A DNA stretch of 63,986 nucleotides, the filler included, from Octopus bimaculoides (lineage: Eukaryota), in assembly GCF_001194135.2 (NCBI RefSeq). It is 5 parts of 4 records of this genome, joined end to end, with 100 filler letters (N's around TTAATTAATTAA, not from the genome) between each part and the next. Parts side by side here need not be neighbours in the genome. Positions count along the whole stretch, not along the records: positions 62,187 to 63,986 come from NC_068982.1; 4 more parts are not named here. One strand, given 5' to 3'. A program made the position numbers and the translations under genes. A model generated the notes under the pieces. That model made no database searches, had not been told where the DNA came from, and was given only the letters and a program-made list of their open reading frames with translations. Below, in pieces: positions 62,386 through 63,986 of the stretch; position 1 is the stretch's first letter; the number at the start of each line of letters is the position of its first letter.

Positions 62386-62703
62386 TGCTGCTGATCGAGG
62401 TGAGAGGCATAACTTCCCTTGGCAAACAGGACACAGTCGTGTGTCGATAAGCCAGCTGGAGGAGATGTCCTCCTGGGGCTAAAAGCAACAGTAACATCCA
62501 CCCCTAGGGGTCAGCCACACTTAAGTGGCAATATACTACACTTTATATATATATATATATATAAGAGAAAAAGGGAGAGACTCGTCCATGTGTATATAAT
62601 ATATACAAACAAATAATTATACCCATATGTATATTTACATGTGTGTGCGTTTGCATGTGACTATATATGTATGTATGTACTATATAAATGATAAATGCAA
62701 ATA

Positions 62704-62742
<39 letters not shown>

Positions 62743-63161
62743 CGTGCGTATGTGTGTGACTATATATACACACTCTCATTAATTAACATAGATAAATTTT
62801 AGAAGGTATTCATATTATTAGAAATCATTGAAGCCGTATGTTTGTGTTTAATATTACAACCTCTGAGAATTGCAATGATAAGCCCCAGATAAAAGTTCAG
62901 CAGTCTCTTAGAATTCCAAGTTAATCCACATAGTAAATGGCATTAGTTTATAAATAGATTGGTGAAAGTCATTAAGACAAGTAAATAAGTCATTGAAAAC
63001 GCACACAGCTTCAGGTGAATGTAATTAATCAACAGTATTCCTTATATTTTTTACTCAGTTCAAAAACTAGGACAAGTTAACTTTGAAAATATAAAGAAAT
63101 TAAAGCGTTTGTATATTTGTTTTATATTTACGTATTTATATTTTTGGGGTGGGGTATGTAG

Positions 63162-63201
<40 letters not shown>

Positions 63202-63220
63202 ATGTGTGTGTGTGTGTGTG

Positions 63221-63253
<33 letters not shown>

Positions 63254-63919
63254 TTGTGTGTGTTTTAGTCATTGGTAACGGTTTCTGTGAGTCTTTCGTC
63301 TAACGTATCACATTTAGCTGAAATTAGGGTAAGCACTATTTCCCAAAAGACTCTACGATGATCAAAGCACTAATAAGAATGCTTTAAAAGTAAGATAACT
63401 TTTATTAAAGAAGGATAAATAAATATATATTAAGTATTCAGTACAAAATACAAGATACCAGATGCCACTAGAAATCATTACTCCGAATTAGTTTGAAACG
63501 AATTCCTTATCCATATCTGACAATATTATTGAAATGGAAATATTTCTGAAGCCATGCCTCCTTGTAAGTGCACTTTCGGGAATTCTACCGGAACATAGTT
63601 AAGAATAGTAGGATAGGATACAAGTCTAAGAATATATTCGAATACTAACAAGGTGAAGAGGCTGTACATATTAATCAATAGATATAGTAAGTATACGTGC
63701 TATAGATATTCAAGTATGAAAAAGACCAAGTAACTGTTCATCGAGCTTCTTGAGTATCATACTAGCTCTATACAAAATGGTGTGTGTAAGTGTAGGTGAT
63801 CGCGTGCTTTTATGTTCTATTCAACTAGAGTGTCACTTTGTCTAAGTGATTTCTATTACAGCTCGGGGTAACCAGTCTTGCTGGTGAACACTGTGCAAAG
63901 AACTGATATACATATAAGC

Positions 63920-63986
<67 letters not shown>

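Overview
AT-rich, gap-ridden eukaryotic draft-genome window. It is most likely from an octopod cephalopod (Octopus-like); this is inferred from the SINE/RTE repeat repertoire and microsatellite load, not from a search. I cannot identify any intact protein-coding gene, and almost all listed ORFs are microsatellite, N-gap or decayed-transposon artefacts. The window is a transposon graveyard. It contains RTE-clade LINE fragments (a PHD-finger-bearing family, plus BovB-like and Expander-like pieces), four R4/Dong-type non-LTR fragments and Penelope-like elements (two with GIY-YIG coding remnants). It also contains three Tc1/mariner families (mariner, DD37D maT, DD34E Tc1) and at least five SINE-like families. 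The most interesting signals are RNA-structural. These are a near-complete minimal type I hammerhead ribozyme inside a highly base-paired unit (62.3-62.5 kb), a tRNA-headed SINE carrying a hammerhead (22.1-22.4 kb) and several hammerhead remnants. There is also a pri-miRNA-like hairpin (56.4 kb) and a 272-bp fold-back (52.9-53.2 kb). CpG-poor and CpG-rich domains alternate sharply and carry different TE populations. Four 44N-TTAATTAATTAA-44N blocks are assembly linkers. All alignments and folds were done by eye.
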